Assembly: GCA_963666365.2 (NCBI GenBank)
Contig: CAXXNF010000002.1
Coordinates: 704,001-768,000, forward strand
Direction: 5' to 3'
Source: Syntrophales bacterium
Lineage (GTDB): Bacteria > Desulfobacterota > Syntrophia > Syntrophales > UBA2210
DNA: 64,000 nt
This document shows, in pieces, positions 45,367 through 57,242 of this stretch. Both the position numbers and the translations under genes were made by a program. Within the stretch, counting starts at the first letter, position 1. Each line of letters starts with the position of its first letter. The notes under the pieces were generated by a model. The model did not search any database. It was not told where the DNA came from and was given only the letters and a program-made list of their open reading frames with translations.

Positions 45367-46161
45367 CTAGCCAAGCCACCTCTTGCGCCTTTTATAATGC
45401 TTCACGTCGCGATAGCTCTTCTTTTTTCCCACACCGGACAATCCGAGATAAAATTCGCGCACATCTTCGTTCTCTTTGATTTTATCGGCAGGTCCGTCAA
45501 GGACGATGCGCCCGTTTTCCATGACATAGGCATAATCAGATACGGTAAGTGCGATATTGGCATTCTGTTCTACCAGTAGAATGGGAAGCTTCTCCTCCTG
45601 ATTGATTGTTTTGACTATCTGAAAGATCTCTTTCACGATTAAAGGGGCCAGCCCCAAAGATGGCTCGTCAAGCATGATTAATCGAGGACGCGCCATAAGA
45701 CTCCGGCCTATCACGAGCATCTGCTGCTCCCCGCCGGAAAGATATCCGCTCACTGCCTTCTTTAAATCAAAAAGGCGGGGAAAGTACTCATATACCTGGC
45801 GTAACCTTTTCTTTACATCCTGCCTGCTTCTATTCAGATACGCACCCAGAAGAAGATTTTCTTCAACATTCAGATGCGCATACAGACGCCTTCCCTCAAT
45901 TACCTGCCTTATACCGTAAGAGGCAATTTCTTCTGGACCCAGTTTCTCGATCCGGTGTCCGGTATAATCGATGCTTCCATGGGTGACTTCACCCAGTTCA
46001 ACGCCTAATATCCCCGATATTGCTTTGAGCGTGGTGCTTTTCCCGGCGCCGTTTGCCCCGAGGAGGGAAACAATCTGACCTTCTTTTACGGAGAGACTTA
46101 CTCCCCGCAGGACGAGAATCACTTTCGAATAGACGACTTCAATATTATTAACTTCCAGCAT
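45367..46161 (-). CDS. Liv-type ABC ATP-binding protein (LivF-like)
   Basis: GANGAGKST, LSGGEQQM, DEPSLGLAP. Confidence 0.93.
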   Translation of the reverse strand: MLEVNNIEVVYSKVILVLRGVSLSVKEGQIVSLLGANGAGKSTTLKAISGILGVELGEVTHGSIDYTGHRIEKLGPEEIASYGIRQVIEGRRLYAHLNVEENLLLGAYLNRSRQDVKKRLRQVYEYFPRLFDLKKAVSGYLSGGEQQMLVIGRSLMARPRLIMLDEPSLGLAPLIVKEIFQIVKTINQEEKLPILLVEQNANIALTVSDYAYVMENGRIVLDGPADKIKENEDVREFYLGLSGVGKKKSYRDVKHYKRRKRWLG

Positions 46162-46190
46162 GGTATCCCTCCCGACGAATTCTTTTTACC

Positions 46191-47246
46191 TCAGTATGGA
46201 AACGGCCACAGGCGGAATGTCGAAAGTGTTATCTGCCATCGATGAAACAGCCCTCGCGGCTCAAATACAAGAAAGAGAAGAATTACGGCGCCAAAAAAAA
46301 TCTGAACAAATCCAGCGACAGCCGATCCTTCAAGGGCCGGAAAAACACTGCCGAGCCAAGGAGCAAGGAAGAGAACAAGCTGGTGGAGTAACTTGAGAAA
46401 GAATACCCCCATAATTGCGCCTGTGATTGTGGCTCCTCCAATAATAAGCATTCCCAACATCCAGATGGAATCCATAAGCGTGAATTGCTCGACGGTAATT
46501 ATTCCCTGGTAATGGGCAAGCAGTGATCCTGCTATACCGGCATACAAGGACGATAGAAAAAAGGCGAGCACTTTGGTTTTAAATACATTAATTCCCATAA
46601 ATGCTGCTGCCAGATCATTGTCCCTAACGGCTATAAAGGATCGCCCTGTCTTTGTTCTCATCATATTGTTCGTGAGAAACACAATGACAACGACAAAAGT
46701 CATTGCAAGATAATAAAATCTGAGTTCACTGTCGAAGACAAAACCGAAGAAAGAGACTTCTTCGGCGGGCAGACCCGATATCCCCTGAGTTATATTGCCT
46801 CCGTGAAGGATAATCCACATGATGATGAAGTGAGCTGCCAGTGTGGTCACGGCAATGTAAAATCCCCTGATTTTCAGCGCCGGCATTGCGACGATTATGC
46901 CAAGAATTCCACTTCCCAAAGCTGCGCATGGAAGAGTGAGCCAGAAAGGCAATCCGACGTGAGTGGAAAGTGCTGCGCTCACATAGGCGCCCACAGCCAT
47001 GAAGGCAGCATGCCCCATGCTTATCTGTCCGGTAAATCCAACAATAATCTGCAGCCCCAGAACGGCAATAACAAATATTCCCATATTTATCGCGACATCA
47101 AGAAGATAATTACCTGCGATCAGCGGAAACAGGCCGAAGAGGAAAACAAGAAGCAGTATCAGCATAATCCAGCGAAATCCGGTTCGTACCAGAGCGCTAT
47201 CCTGCTCATATGTTTCATCAAATGTTCCGCAGGGTTTTTTCAGCAT
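46191..47246 (-). CDS. Liv-type ABC permease (LivM-like)
   Basis: GFTGQISMGHAAF, GRSFIAVRDN. Confidence 0.92.
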   Translation of the reverse strand: MLKKPCGTFDETYEQDSALVRTGFRWIMLILLLVFLFGLFPLIAGNYLLDVAINMGIFVIAVLGLQIIVGFTGQISMGHAAFMAVGAYVSAALSTHVGLPFWLTLPCAALGSGILGIIVAMPALKIRGFYIAVTTLAAHFIIMWIILHGGNITQGISGLPAEEVSFFGFVFDSELRFYYLAMTFVVVIVFLTNNMMRTKTGRSFIAVRDNDLAAAFMGINVFKTKVLAFFLSSLYAGIAGSLLAHYQGIITVEQFTLMDSIWMLGMLIIGGATITGAIMGVFFLKLLHQLVLFLAPWLGSVFPALEGSAVAGFVQIFFGAVILLFLVFEPRGLFHRWQITLSTFRLWPFPY

Positions 47247-47248
47247 TT

Positions 47249-48142
47249 TTATACCCTTTCTATTCTTTCATAGCCAAAAAGCCCGTATGGCCTCAGCACC
47301 AGAGCAATGAGCAATACCACGTAGGGTGCGACCTCGGAAAAGCCTCCACCTACATAGGGATCAAGATAACCGCTGCCTAGGGCCTCTGATAATCCAATAA
47401 TGATTCCGCCAATCAACGCACCCACTACTGATTCCATGCCGCCTAGTATCACGACTGCAAGAGCCTTCATTCCCAGTCCGTTTAAAGAGGTAAAGCTTAC
47501 CCCGTAGAGAGAGCTCATCAAGATTCCACCGACTGCCGCAACGAGAATAGCCACAAACCAGGATACGACAAAAATAGAACTTACCCGTATTCCTTCGCTT
47601 TGAGCCAAAGTGTGATCCTCTGCGGTACCTCTCATTGCCAGCCCGATTTTGGTTTTCTGGAAGAAAAGGACAAAAATTAAAAAACAAAGGGCACAGACTA
47701 TAAAATTTAGAAGCGACTCTGAAGAAAGGACGACTGTGCCGAGATGAATCCGGGCCGATGAAACTATTTCCGGCAACAGTCTCCCCGGTCCCGGCCAGAA
47801 GAGGACAACGGCACCGCTGAAAAGCTCACCCATGGCGATTGTTGCCATTACCGCCGCCATCAGGGGTTGCCCGGTCAAAGGCTGCAGTATAAGTCGCTGG
47901 ATGATAAATGCGAGCAAAGCGATGCAGAAAATGAGTATCGGCAAGGCAAGCCATGGAGGCATATTCCATTTAACAAGAAGCTGCCATAACATGAAAGCTG
48001 AAAATGCCACTAATGGTCCGTGAGCGAAATTAAAAATAGAAGAGGATTTGTAAATTATTACGATGGCAAGTGCCATCAGGGCGTACACACCGCCTGTCAG
48101 AATGCCGTTCACGAATATCTGAGAAAAAAAATCCATTTTCAA
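47249..48142 (-). CDS. Liv-type ABC permease (LivH-like)
   Basis: GGVYALMA, FNFAHG, GLAMRG. Confidence 0.92.
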   Translation of the reverse strand: MKMDFFSQIFVNGILTGGVYALMALAIVIIYKSSSIFNFAHGPLVAFSAFMLWQLLVKWNMPPWLALPILIFCIALLAFIIQRLILQPLTGQPLMAAVMATIAMGELFSGAVVLFWPGPGRLLPEIVSSARIHLGTVVLSSESLLNFIVCALCFLIFVLFFQKTKIGLAMRGTAEDHTLAQSEGIRVSSIFVVSWFVAILVAAVGGILMSSLYGVSFTSLNGLGMKALAVVILGGMESVVGALIGGIIIGLSEALGSGYLDPYVGGGFSEVAPYVVLLIALVLRPYGLFGYERIERV

Positions 48143-50139
48143 TCTCCTGCCAGTGTTGTTTTGATTTTGAGATCCGTTTTCATTGTTCCAGTGCGTCCAT
48201 CCCGATACTTGACATCAGCCTTAATGGATATGTGTTCTTTATTCTCAAAGGCGGCATTGATTAGATTACTGTATTTACTTTCCAAAAATTCGCGGCGCAA
48301 TTTTCTTGTTTTGGTCAATTCTCCCTCGTCGGCATCGAACTCCTTGTGCAGGAGTGTATAACGAGACACCTTTGCATTTTCGGGAAGAGTCGTATTTACC
48401 TGAACCACGTCTTTTTCAATAAGGTCATACACTTCTTTCTTCTGGCTGAGATCGACAAATGTAGTGTAGGAAATATGATTCTTTTCCGCCCATTTCCCTA
48501 CATTATCGAAGTCAATTGTAATAAGAGCGAAAATGAAGGGGCGCTCCTTGCCGCCTATGACCAGAACCTCCTTGATGTAGGGGCTGAATTTAAGGCGATT
48601 CTGGATGTAGGTAGGGGAATATCGAGTTCCATCTTTCAAAGACAGCATCTCTTTCATGCGATCATAGACGATGAGATGGCCATCTTTATCAATAATGCCG
48701 GCATCACCGGTCTTGACCCAACCGTTTTCCAGCATGGCTGCGGTTTCATCCGGCTTTTTGTAATAACCTGAAAACTTGGCATCTGCCTTCAGATATATCT
48801 CGCCCTGATTCGTTATTTTGACTTCCACACCAGGCACAGGTATCCCGCTGGTTCCGGGCTTGATTAATTCCCTATGAGTTACAGCAGGATTGAGCTCGGT
48901 TAATCCGTAGGCGTCTCTGATTCTCACACCAATAGCCTTATACCAGCGTATCACGTCCGGCCCCAGGGCGGAGCCGCCCGTCAATGCGTAGCGGAGTTTG
49001 CTTAACCCAAGGTAATCCCGGATATGATAGAGACAAAGGCCATTAGCGAGCCAGAAGAGAGCACGAAGATAAAGGGGGGGCTTCGTGCCATGTGTTCTTT
49101 CATATTCTGAATATCGATACCCTATAGGGAGGGAGACGTTATACAGAAATCGTCTGATCGGCCCTGTATCGAATATCTTCATTTGTACCTGCGAAAGTAT
49201 TCCCTGCCACTGCATTGGACTCAACAGGCATGTACGGGCGCCAATCTCACGTAGGTTTTGCATGACCGTTTCCGGTTCTTCCGGGAAATTCACTTGAGTC
49301 CGGAAGGCGACCCAGCCTGCGATCATCAATTGTTCGGAGATCCAGGCAGGCGGCACGTAGGAGAGGTAATTGTCCTTTGGAGCCGGTGGGGCGACGGCCC
49401 CCCAGCGTATAGCTCCTTTAATCAGATATTCGTGACTCAACATGGCGCCTTTAGGAAGTCCGGTTGTGCCGGACGTATAGCAAATCACCGCAATGTCTTC
49501 ATCGTTTCCTTCTTCCACCGATTGTTCGAAAAAGTCAGGATTCTCCTTTTCAAAAGATTTTCCCTGTTCGATAAGATCCTTGTTCTCCAGGAGCCAGGGA
49601 TCATCCTTATGGCGCACCATTCCCCGGTTATCCCAGTAAATGATTTTCTTTATCTTTGGGATCTCCTTTTTTATTTCTAGAAATTTATCTGTTTGCTCCT
49701 GATCCTTTGAAAAAACAAGGACGCTGTCGGAGTCGTTTACAAGATACTGCAGATCCGAAGGCATTGCATCTATATAAAGTCCTACAACGGAAGCCCCCAT
49801 TGATTGCACGGCTATTTCCGCCCAGTACCATTCAGGATCATTATCTCCAATTATGCATACCTTATCCCCCCTGTTGATCCCCAGGCTTTTCAATCCAAGT
49901 GCCATATATTTAATATTTTCGTAAACCTGTGCATTGGTAAAACTATTCCAAATTCCGAGATCTTTCTTTCGCATGCAGATTTCATCGGGATATTCAGTGC
50001 ATGTATCTTTGATGATCTTGGGGAGTGTATCACGGATGCCTTCGACGCACCTTCGGTAATAATCCGAATTAAATCCAGAATCCTTCAATGCCGGCATACA
50101 CTGTTCCAGAAGTGCTTGGGTATCAATCATGACAGACAC
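48139..50139 (-). CDS. Long-chain fatty acid-CoA ligase embedded in the ABC operon
   Basis: YTSGTTGLPKG, AYGLTE, KTGDAG, ELTKTRKLRR. Confidence 0.92.
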   Translation of the reverse strand: MSVMIDTQALLEQCMPALKDSGFNSDYYRRCVEGIRDTLPKIIKDTCTEYPDEICMRKKDLGIWNSFTNAQVYENIKYMALGLKSLGINRGDKVCIIGDNDPEWYWAEIAVQSMGASVVGLYIDAMPSDLQYLVNDSDSVLVFSKDQEQTDKFLEIKKEIPKIKKIIYWDNRGMVRHKDDPWLLENKDLIEQGKSFEKENPDFFEQSVEEGNDEDIAVICYTSGTTGLPKGAMLSHEYLIKGAIRWGAVAPPAPKDNYLSYVPPAWISEQLMIAGWVAFRTQVNFPEEPETVMQNLREIGARTCLLSPMQWQGILSQVQMKIFDTGPIRRFLYNVSLPIGYRYSEYERTHGTKPPLYLRALFWLANGLCLYHIRDYLGLSKLRYALTGGSALGPDVIRWYKAIGVRIRDAYGLTELNPAVTHRELIKPGTSGIPVPGVEVKITNQGEIYLKADAKFSGYYKKPDETAAMLENGWVKTGDAGIIDKDGHLIVYDRMKEMLSLKDGTRYSPTYIQNRLKFSPYIKEVLVIGGKERPFIFALITIDFDNVGKWAEKNHISYTTFVDLSQKKEVYDLIEKDVVQVNTTLPENAKVSRYTLLHKEFDADEGELTKTRKLRREFLESKYSNLINAAFENKEHISIKADVKYRDGRTGTMKTDLKIKTTLAGD

Positions 50140-50957
50140 ACCCCCTGCTCTTCTTCCGCTTCACCAAGATATGCGGCAAGAACGGCTGGATTTTTGCTGA
50201 TTTCCGAAGGCGTGCCGTCGGCAATTTTTTTACCGAAATCCAAAACTATTATATGGTCGGCAATATCCATTACCACCCCCATGTCATGCTCAACCAAAAT
50301 CATGGTGGTGTTACGTTCATCGGAGACATCAAGGATAAAACGTGCCATATCTTCCTTTTCTTCGAGATTCATGCCCGCCATAGGTTCATCAAGCAGAAGT
50401 AGATCTGGCTCCATGGCTAATGCACGGCCAAAATCAACTCTTTTCCTTAGACCGTATGATAATTCCCCTACATAGGACTTCCTTATGTGCTCGATTTCCA
50501 GAAAATCTATTATCTCCTCGACCTTACGCCGATTTGCCAGTTCCTCTTTTTTGGCCTTTGACCAGAAATAGAAATAGGATGCGAATGCGCTGTGAGTAAA
50601 ACGTAGATGCATTCCCGTCATCAAGTTATCGAGGGTCGTCATTCCCGCATATGTCTGTATACCCTGAAAAACACGACCGATTCCCAGCTTTGCAATATTA
50701 TGCGTTTTCATTCCCAGAAGTTCCTGACCTTTATACTGCAAAGACCCCCCGGGCTCGGCATGGTAAAAACCGTTGATACAGTTGAGCAGACAGGTCTTTC
50801 CAGCACCATTCGGTCCTATGATTGCCATGATTTCTCCAGGGATTACATCAAAATCAACATTAGTAAGTGCTTTAACCCCGCCGAATCTAAGGCTTATATT
50901 AGATGCGGCAAGTATCGCCTTTCTCCCGTCAGTCGCCATAGAGAGACACTCCTTCAT
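50127..50957 (-). CDS. Liv-type ABC ATP-binding protein (LivG-like)
   Basis: FGGVKAL, GPNGAGKT, LSYG, DEPMAG, AYLG. Confidence 0.93.
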   Translation of the reverse strand: MKECLSMATDGRKAILAASNISLRFGGVKALTNVDFDVIPGEIMAIIGPNGAGKTCLLNCINGFYHAEPGGSLQYKGQELLGMKTHNIAKLGIGRVFQGIQTYAGMTTLDNLMTGMHLRFTHSAFASYFYFWSKAKKEELANRRKVEEIIDFLEIEHIRKSYVGELSYGLRKRVDFGRALAMEPDLLLLDEPMAGMNLEEKEDMARFILDVSDERNTTMILVEHDMGVVMDIADHIIVLDFGKKIADGTPSEISKNPAVLAAYLGEAEEEQGVCLS

Positions 50958-51385
50958 CAGTAATTTTGTGTGCCAGAAAGACTCAGCAATTAAGACTTCT
51001 TTATTTCAGGGTACTCTTGGGGGGTACGGCTTATTACTAGTCATCCAAAGCCCTACACACTTCTAAGGCAATAAGAAAGATATGTCAAATGGAAAAACAA
51101 AGCCTTTACTCGACGCCCGCTTTATTCTGACGATTGAATTTCATTTTAAAAAGGACATTTCTTAATAATATGAAGATGTTTTTTCTTGATTGTTGTTTTT
51201 CTTTGTGCTAGTTATCTGGAAACCTTTGACAGAGCGCTTTTGCGGCTTACACTGATTTTGCAGCTGCGACAGCACTGCATTTAATGTTCCCATGTATGAT
51301 ATTCCCGGTGAAACCGGGATGTTAAGCATAACACAGGCATCTGAAGTACCAACTTTATTATGCAAAGGAAAGGGGGACGTAAGGT

Positions 51386-51658
51386 ATGACAAAGGCTGAA
51401 TTAATCGCGGCCATGGCAAAGGATGCGGATGTAACAAAGGCGGTAGCTGGAAAGGTTTTGGAATCATATATCAAAAACGTTCAGGGGGAGCTCAAAAAAA
51501 ACGGAAAGATCGGTTTGGTCGGTTTTGGCACTTTTTCTGTTGTGAAGAGGAAGGCCAGAACAGGGCGGAATCCGCAGACAGGTAAAGAGATAAAGATCAA
51601 AGCAAAAAAGGTGGTAAAATTTAAACCGGGCAAGCAGCTCCAGGAAAAAGTAAAATAG
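51386..51658 (+). CDS. hup: HU family DNA-binding protein
   Basis: MTKAELI...GFGTF...RTGRNPQTG. Confidence 0.96.
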   Translation: MTKAELIAAMAKDADVTKAVAGKVLESYIKNVQGELKKNGKIGLVGFGTFSVVKRKARTGRNPQTGKEIKIKAKKVVKFKPGKQLQEKVK

Positions 51659-51693
51659 GTTGCTTCCTTGAAAAGGCAAACGGCCTCCACGTG

Positions 51694-51718
51694 AAAACGA
51701 CGGGGGTCGTTTTTTTTT
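51694..51718 (+). terminator. Intrinsic terminator after HU
   Basis: AAAACGAC-GGGG-GTCGTTTT plus T-run. Confidence 0.75.
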
Positions 51719-51831
51719 AAGACGCAGAAATGCGGATTTCTTGGCCGCTGCATAGTGTAATGTGTTGTCGAGCTTACTTCAGGTGGATCGTCGAACTTTC
51801 GGTACAGAGATAAAAGTCGGGAAGGACCGAA

Positions 51832-53184
51832 ATGCACTGGAAGGAACTGTATAAGACCAAGCAGACGACGCCCGAGGAAGTGGTAAAGCACATCAAGTCA
51901 GGCGACAGGGTTGTCGTAGGTCATGCGGCGGGTTCGCCGGAACTCCTGTTGAAGGCGCTCGTCGATAACAGAGAATCATATCCCAATGTCGAAATTGTGC
52001 ATATGGTGGCGATGGGGTCTTCAGAGTATTGTTTGCCCGAATATGTCCCCTATTTTGTACACAACTCTCTCTTTGCTGGGGAAACGACGCGTTCCGCAAT
52101 CAACGAAGGACGGGCCACATTTACTGCGTGCCATTTCAGCCAGATACCGCGTCTTTTCAGAAAAGGCATATTGCCGGTGGATGTAACGTTGTGTATGGTG
52201 TCACCACCGGATGAACACGGTTATTGCTCTTTTGGTATTTCGGTAGACTACACAAAGCCGGCAGCTGAGAGTTCAAAGCTTGTCATTGCGGAAGTGACGC
52301 CTCATATGCCGCGTACACTTGGAGATTCCTTCATACACGTATCAAAAATCGATTACATCGTGGAATGCGATTCTCAACCATTAGTTCTGAGCCCGCAAAA
52401 AATTACCGCCACTGACGAAGCGATCGGCGGATTCTGCGCCGATCTGGTGAATGACGGCGATTGTCTTCAGCTTGGCATCGGCGGCGTTCCCGATTCGATG
52501 CTTACTTTTTTGAAAGATAAAAAGGATTTAGGCATTCATACGGAGATGTTTTCCGACGGCGTTGTCGATCTGGTTGAATCGGGAGCGATCACCTGTGAAC
52601 GAAAAAATTTTCACCTCGGTAAAATGGTGGCGACTTTCTTCATGGGAACGGAAAAACTTTACAGATTTGTACACAACAACCCGATGGTTGAGATGCATAC
52701 CGTTGATTATACAAATAACCCTTCGATAATTGCCAGAAATCACAATGTCGTCTCGATTAACTCATCCATTCAGATCGATCTTCTCGGCCAGGCGGCATCG
52801 GACACCATAGGCTACAAGCAATTCAGCGGATCGGGAGGTCAGGCTGATTTTGTGCGAGGCGCATCCTGGTCGAAAGGGGGGCGATCGATACTGGCATTAC
52901 ATTCGACGGCATCGGGCGGAAAGCTGTCAAGGATAGTCCCTCACCTGGATGAGGGCGCTGTGGTAACGACGACCCGCACCGACATACACTATGTCGTAAC
53001 TGAATTCGGTATTGCCGACCTCTGGGGCAAGACCACGCCACAGCGGGCAAAAGCGCTGATTGCCTTAGCCCATCCCGATTTTCGAGAGGGACTCAAGCGG
53101 GATTTCGACAAGATATATCATCCGAACACCCGACTTTACCACCAAGTGCCGCCTGGGTTCAGATCTGCGAAGGCAGAAGAGTAG
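51832..53184 (+). CDS. Acetyl-CoA hydrolase/transferase family (4-hydroxybutyrate CoA-transferase-like)
   Basis: LQLGIGG, GIHTEM, SGSGGQADF, VTEFG. Confidence 0.93.
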   Translation: MHWKELYKTKQTTPEEVVKHIKSGDRVVVGHAAGSPELLLKALVDNRESYPNVEIVHMVAMGSSEYCLPEYVPYFVHNSLFAGETTRSAINEGRATFTACHFSQIPRLFRKGILPVDVTLCMVSPPDEHGYCSFGISVDYTKPAAESSKLVIAEVTPHMPRTLGDSFIHVSKIDYIVECDSQPLVLSPQKITATDEAIGGFCADLVNDGDCLQLGIGGVPDSMLTFLKDKKDLGIHTEMFSDGVVDLVESGAITCERKNFHLGKMVATFFMGTEKLYRFVHNNPMVEMHTVDYTNNPSIIARNHNVVSINSSIQIDLLGQAASDTIGYKQFSGSGGQADFVRGASWSKGGRSILALHSTASGGKLSRIVPHLDEGAVVTTTRTDIHYVVTEFGIADLWGKTTPQRAKALIALAHPDFREGLKRDFDKIYHPNTRLYHQVPPGFRSAKAEE

Positions 53185-53208
53185 GATCAATCATAAGTTA
53201 AATAAAAA

Positions 53209-53235
53209 AGGGGTTAGCTTTTTGAGCTAACCCCT
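53209..53235. terminator. Terminator after tRNA-Asp, possibly bidirectional
   Basis: AGGGGTTAGCT/AGCTAACCCCT stem preceded by an A-run on the + strand. Confidence 0.8.
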
Positions 53236-53243
53236 CGATTTTC

Positions 53244-53320
<77 letters not shown>

Positions 53321-53333
53321 GCATATCTATATT

Positions 53334-53409
53334 TGGTAGGCGGAACAGGACTTGAACCTGTGACATCCACGGTGTAAACGTGGCGCTCTCCCAGCTGAGC
53401 TACCCGCCC
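53334..53409 (-). tRNA. tRNA-Val (TAC)
   Basis: Reverse complement GGGCGGG...CCACG-TT-TAC-AC-CGTGG...GGTTCAAGTCC...CCA. Confidence 0.96.
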
Positions 53410-53459
53410 TCCTTTCACAAGCAAGAGCTATGGCTTACTAGACAAAAACAGCGCTCTTG

Positions 53460-55934
53460 TCAAGCACAATTTACGTGCTGCTTCGCATTAACTCGGATCT
53501 CGTCTCCCCTTTCCCTAAATGTCACACCTGCGCCGACCTCCACTTCTTCTACAAATTTTTGAGGCGCTCCATCATCTGCCGGAAGAAGTGCTCTCTCCAG
53601 GACCTGGTCCATGTTGTCAGCCAGTACAATTTCGATTTCTCGCAGCACATTGGCCGGGATATCTTCTTCGAGATTCTTTTTGTTCTCCCTTGGAATAATT
53701 ACCGTTTTGATGTTCCCCCGGTGAGCCGCCAGAAGCTTTTCCTTCAACCCGCCAATGGGCAGTACCCGCCCCTGAAGGGTAATTTCTCCCGTCATCGCCA
53801 CCTCGCTTCGCACTTTCCTGTTTAAAATAGACGATGCAATCGATGTGACCATGGCAATTCCCGCTGAAGGACCGTCTTTCGGGATGGCGCCTTCTGGCAC
53901 ATGAATGTGCACATCGAGCTTCCGGTAGAAGTTCTCATCGAGACCGAGCTGATGCGCCCTGGATCTTACATAGGTGAGCGCCGCCTGGGCGGATTCTTGC
54001 ATTACGTCGCCCAGTTTGCCCGTCATGGTAAGTCTTCCCGTACCGCGCACCACAGTTGACTCTATATTCAGAAGTTCTCCACCAACCTCAGTCCAGGCAA
54101 GCCCTATGGTCAAGCCGACCTTGTCCTCGCCCTCTTTTTCTCCGTATCGATATCGTTCCACTCCAAGATACTTTTCAATAGATTTTGAGGTGACTTTCAC
54201 AGGACCCTGAGCTCCATCAGTCACAATCTTTCTCGCCACCTTCCTGCATATGGATGCGATTTCCCGCTGCAGTCCTCGAACGCCGGCTTCACGGGTATAA
54301 TTTCTGATCAATTTCAAAAGCGCGCCCTCGGAAAAGCTTATAGTTTCTTCAGTGAGCCCGTTCGCTTCCATCTCCTTGGAAACCAGGTACTTCTTCGCGA
54401 TATTCAGTTTTTCCGGTTCGGTATAGCCCGCAAGCCGAATCACCTCCGTACGATCTTGAAGAGGCGCCGGTATGGTTTGCAGCACATTCGCCGTCGTAAT
54501 AAACATGATATCGGACAAATCGTAATCGACCTCAAGATAGTTGTCGTTAAAGGCATGATTCTGTTCAGGATCCAGCACCTCAAGCAGCGCCGACGCCGGG
54601 TCTCCCCTGAAATCGGAACTCAGCTTGTCGATTTCATCAAGACAGAATACGGGATTGTTCGCACCGGCCTTCTTGAGAAGCTGAATGATCTTTCCGGGAA
54701 GAGCCCCTATATAAGTTCTCCTGTGCCCCCGTATCTCCGCTTCGTCACGCAACCCACCGAGAGACAATCTTACAAACTTCCGGTTCGTCGCGCGGGCGAT
54801 CGATTTCGCAATCGAGGTTTTCCCCACCCCCGGAGGACCCACAAGGCAAAGAATCGACCCCTTCTTTTTCTTTACGAGGATCTGTACCGCCAGGTATTCG
54901 AGGATCCGCTCCTTTACCTTCTTAAGTCCGTAGTGATCCTCTTCAAGGATCGCCTCCGATTCTTTCAGATTGTCCTGATCCTCCGTCTTCTCCATCCAGG
55001 GTAGTGCAAGTATCCAGTCTATGTAATTGCGCACCACCGTCGCTTCAGCGGACATCGGGGCCATCATTTTCAGTTTTTTTATTTCATGCTCTACTTTCTT
55101 CTTGGCCTCTTCGGTCATTTCCTTATCAGACAGCTTCTTTTCGAGTTCTTTTATCTCGTTTTTGAAGCTGTCGTCTTCGCCCATTTCTTTCTGAATTGCC
55201 CGCATCTGCTCATTCAGGTAATAATCCTTCTGGGTCTTCTCCATCTGCTTCTTTACCCGCTTCTTGATGCGACCCTCAACTTCCAGAATCTCTATCTCCG
55301 ACATCATGAGCGAATAAATTTTTTCCAGTCGTTCCGCCACATTTCTTGTTTCAAGCACTTTCTGCTTTTCTTCAAGCCGTATGTGAAGATGTGACGCCGC
55401 AACATCCGCCAGCTTTGAGGGATCCTCCGTTGATGCAATGGTGCTTACCATTTCAGCAGGGACCTTTTTACTCATTTTTGCATACCGTTCAAAAGATTCG
55501 GAAATGCTTCTCATGAGAGCCTCTACTTTGACTTTCTCATCAAGCTCGTACGAATCGTCGATTTCCTGGATATTGACAAGGAAGAAATCATTGTTCGGCA
55601 CATATTCCACGATACGCCCGCGCTGCTTTCCTTCCACAAGCGCCTTCACGGTTCCATCCGGCAATCTCAGCAGTTGGATTATTGACCCCACCGTTCCAAC
55701 GGAATAAATGTCCTCTTCTGCAGGATGGTCGTTCTCTGCGTTTTTCTGGGCCACCAGAAATATCTCCTTCTCATATTTCATGGCGGATTCAAGCGCGCTG
55801 ATGGAGCGTTCACGACCCACAAAAAGCGGCACGATCATATGAGGAAAGACCACGACATCCCGCAATGGAAGCAATGGAATTATCATTCCCGGATCTTTCT
55901 TTTCATAACTTTTGCTTAAACTAAACATTCCCAT
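53460..55934 (-). CDS. lon: Endopeptidase La
   Basis: [31 protein letters not shown]. Confidence 0.98.
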   Translation of the reverse strand: MGMFSLSKSYEKKDPGMIIPLLPLRDVVVFPHMIVPLFVGRERSISALESAMKYEKEIFLVAQKNAENDHPAEEDIYSVGTVGSIIQLLRLPDGTVKALVEGKQRGRIVEYVPNNDFFLVNIQEIDDSYELDEKVKVEALMRSISESFERYAKMSKKVPAEMVSTIASTEDPSKLADVAASHLHIRLEEKQKVLETRNVAERLEKIYSLMMSEIEILEVEGRIKKRVKKQMEKTQKDYYLNEQMRAIQKEMGEDDSFKNEIKELEKKLSDKEMTEEAKKKVEHEIKKLKMMAPMSAEATVVRNYIDWILALPWMEKTEDQDNLKESEAILEEDHYGLKKVKERILEYLAVQILVKKKKGSILCLVGPPGVGKTSIAKSIARATNRKFVRLSLGGLRDEAEIRGHRRTYIGALPGKIIQLLKKAGANNPVFCLDEIDKLSSDFRGDPASALLEVLDPEQNHAFNDNYLEVDYDLSDIMFITTANVLQTIPAPLQDRTEVIRLAGYTEPEKLNIAKKYLVSKEMEANGLTEETISFSEGALLKLIRNYTREAGVRGLQREIASICRKVARKIVTDGAQGPVKVTSKSIEKYLGVERYRYGEKEGEDKVGLTIGLAWTEVGGELLNIESTVVRGTGRLTMTGKLGDVMQESAQAALTYVRSRAHQLGLDENFYRKLDVHIHVPEGAIPKDGPSAGIAMVTSIASSILNRKVRSEVAMTGEITLQGRVLPIGGLKEKLLAAHRGNIKTVIIPRENKKNLEEDIPANVLREIEIVLADNMDQVLERALLPADDGAPQKFVEEVEVGAGVTFRERGDEIRVNAKQHVNCA

Positions 55935-55936
55935 TT

Positions 55937-57226
55937 TTATCCTATCTCTTTTTGCCTGTTGGTTTCGGCAGTCTCTGTTTGAGTTTCAAACAACAGAATC
56001 GGTTTTTCATTATTGATGATTACATCTTCGCTTATTAAACACTCCTTCACGTCACGCCTCGATGGAATATCATACATAATATCGAGCATAATGCTTTCCA
56101 TAATCGACTGCAATCCCCGCGCGCCCGATTTTCTTGCCACCGATAATCGCGCAATGGCCCTGAGTGCGCCCTCTGTAAAGGACAGTTTGACATTTTCTAT
56201 TTCGAACATCTTCTTGTACTGTTTCAAAATGGAATTTTTAGGTTCAACAAGAATTTTTACAAGATCGCTGTCCGAAAGGTCATTCAACGTGGCAATAACC
56301 GGCAATCGGCCGATAAATTCAGGGATCAATCCATATTTCAAAAGATCTTCAGGCTGCACTTCAACAAGAGTATCGCCGATATTTTTTTTCACCCTGCTTC
56401 GAATTTCAGCACCGAACCCTACGGAATTTACGCCGGTTCGCTTCTCAATTATATCTTCCAACCCGTTAAAGGCCCCTCCGCAAATAAAAAGAATATTTGT
56501 GGTATCCACCTGTATAAATTCCTGTTGAGGATGTTTCCTTCCGCCTTTGGGGGGCACATTTGCCAATGTTCCCTCAATTATTTTCAGAAGGGCCTGCTGC
56601 ACCCCCTCTCCCGATACGTCTCTGGTAATCGAAGGGTTCCCCGATTTTCTTGATATTTTGTCTATTTCATCGATATAGACGATGCCGCGCGATGCTTTCT
56701 GCACATCATAGTCGGCATTTTGGAGCAGACTGAGAATAATATTTTCGACATCCTCACCCACATATCCCGCCTCCGTCAGCGTTGTGGCATCTGCAATAGT
56801 AAAAGGAACATTCAGCATCCGCGCCAGTGTCCTCGCCAATAGCGTTTTTCCCGAACCCGTGGGTCCTATAAGCAGGATGTTGCTTTTCTGAAGTTCCACT
56901 CCATCTCTTTCATAGTCCGCAAAGAGTCTTTTATAATGATTGTAGACGGCAACGGAGAGCACCTTTTTTGTTCTTTCCTGACCTATTACATACTGATCAA
57001 GAAACTTCTTGATATCCTTTGGCTCGGGAATATCTTCATTAGTGTCCCGAATATCATGCACTCCACCGTCTTCCTCTACAATGCAGCGGCATAGATCGAT
57101 ACATTCATCGCAAATGTATGCGGCAGGACCGGCGACCAGTTTTCTCACTTCATTCTGGGTTTTTCCGCAAAACGAGCAAAAAAGCGTCCCCTGCTCGCCA
57201 TTATCGTCTTTCCGCCTTTTACCCAT
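55937..57226 (-). CDS. clpX: ATP-dependent Clp protease ATP-binding subunit ClpX
   Basis: CSFC/CDEC Zn finger, [18 protein letters not shown]. Confidence 0.98.
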   Translation of the reverse strand: MGKRRKDDNGEQGTLFCSFCGKTQNEVRKLVAGPAAYICDECIDLCRCIVEEDGGVHDIRDTNEDIPEPKDIKKFLDQYVIGQERTKKVLSVAVYNHYKRLFADYERDGVELQKSNILLIGPTGSGKTLLARTLARMLNVPFTIADATTLTEAGYVGEDVENIILSLLQNADYDVQKASRGIVYIDEIDKISRKSGNPSITRDVSGEGVQQALLKIIEGTLANVPPKGGRKHPQQEFIQVDTTNILFICGGAFNGLEDIIEKRTGVNSVGFGAEIRSRVKKNIGDTLVEVQPEDLLKYGLIPEFIGRLPVIATLNDLSDSDLVKILVEPKNSILKQYKKMFEIENVKLSFTEGALRAIARLSVARKSGARGLQSIMESIMLDIMYDIPSRRDVKECLISEDVIINNEKPILLFETQTETAETNRQKEIG

Positions 57227-57242
57227 ATGAACTGACTCCCTT

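Noticed and set aside
50960..50975. Possible sigma54 promoter (TGGCAC) upstream of livG
   Set aside because: No GC at -12 (reads TGGCACACAAAATTAC).
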